NCBI GenBank assembly: GCA_016748015.1
Contig: JAAOMT010000282.1
Span: 228,369-292,368 of the forward strand
DNA from: Geosiphon pyriformis uo1
Taxonomy: Eukaryota; Fungi; Glomeromycota
DNA: 64,000 nucleotides
Direction: 5' to 3'
Below the pieces are notes generated by a model that saw only the letters and a list, made by a program, of their open reading frames with translations, ran no database searches and was not told the origin of the DNA. The translations under genes and the position numbers were made by a program. This document shows positions 63,483-64,000 of the stretch, piece by piece. How positions within the stretch are numbered: position 1 is the first letter of the stretch; the number at the start of each line of letters is the position of its first letter.

Positions 63483-64000
63483 ATGTCTGCTGTTGAAGAT
63501 ATTAAACGTCAATTAGAGGTGGCTACGACCGAGTATAGGAGATGCGCGGAGGAGCTGAAGGAGTTTAGGAAGAGTGAGGAGGGAAATAGGTTAAGTGAAT
63601 TAAAGAACAAGTTGAGAGGAAAAAAGTGGACGGATACTGATGAAAAAGAGGCATGGATAGAAGAAAAGGAAGATCTGGAAAAGCAAGAAAAAAAGCTGGA
63701 GATAGAGAAGGACGAGTGGAAGGAGGAGCTGCAAAAATGGGCAGAAAAACTACGTGCAGCAATAGATGATACAGGTAACAAATTTGTAAATTCCACTTTT
63801 CCATCCATACAATCTATATTACTATTCATTCATTTTGTAATCATATGCGTTTTATGGAAGGAATATCCATATCTAAGAGAATATTTGGTGTATAACGCTT
63901 ATTACTTTCTATTTTCTATGGTTATTCTAGAACACCTTGCGAAGCGTGCTAGACTTGACATGCCTGACAACACCTTATCATTTCTACAACTTCTCTGTCC
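63483..64000 (+). CDS. 5' end of an apparently intact gene: charged coiled-coil first exon (63483-63774), putative intron 63775-63930, exon 2 running off the window; Crinkler-like N-terminal organisation possible
   Basis: MSAVEDIKRQLEVATTEYRRCAEELKEF...KLRAAIDDT; donor cag|gtaac, acceptor ttctag|; then EHLAKRARLD; CpGs retained; no stop before the edge, which would explain its absence from the ORF track. Confidence 0.75.
   Translation, partial: MSAVEDIKRQLEVATTEYRRCAEELKEFRKSEEGNRLSELKNKLRGKKWTDTDEKEAWIEEKEDLEKQEKKLEIEKDEWKEELQKWAEKLRAAIDDTGNKFVNSTFPSIQSILLFIHFVIICVLWKEYPYLREYLVYNAYYFLFSMVILEHLAKRARLDMPDNTLSFLQLLC

Noticed and set aside
63509-63829. Minus-strand ORFs at the right edge
   Set aside because: Shadows of the purine-rich plus-strand exon starting at 63483

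Overview
AT-rich, strongly CpG-depleted eukaryotic DNA, most likely from a Glomeromycotina fungus (inferred from the gene and TE families; Geosiphon-like). Roughly 85% of the window is nested, decayed transposable elements. There are six Ty3/Gypsy LTR retrotransposon copies: A 1-6411 (-), B 6412-25655 (+), C 14205-24238 (+), D 35900-37650 (-, 3' remnant), F 40943-60723 (-) and E 42787-52600 (+). They nest as LINE1>B>(A,C) and LINE2>F>E. The window also holds two APE-RT LINEs, a Sola-like DNA transposase relic, a Crinkler-like SAM/P-loop/nuclease pseudogene, and the 5' end of one apparently intact gene at the right edge. The Gypsy family has an unusually complex layout: GTG-opened N-terminal extension - capsid - CCHC knuckle - protease - Trp-rich/Cys-rich module - dUTPase - degenerate dUTPase-like domain - RT - RNase H - integrase/GPF, then an extra sense ORF3 abutting the PPT. 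ORF3 variants co-vary with different U3 tandem-repeat arrays, and the LTRs carry conserved hairpins. All TE copies have been inactivated mainly by C>T/G>A transitions, with few indels or transversions. Coordinates were read by hand: LTR ends, PBS and TSD positions should be close to exact, while domain, LINE and pseudogene limits are approximate.
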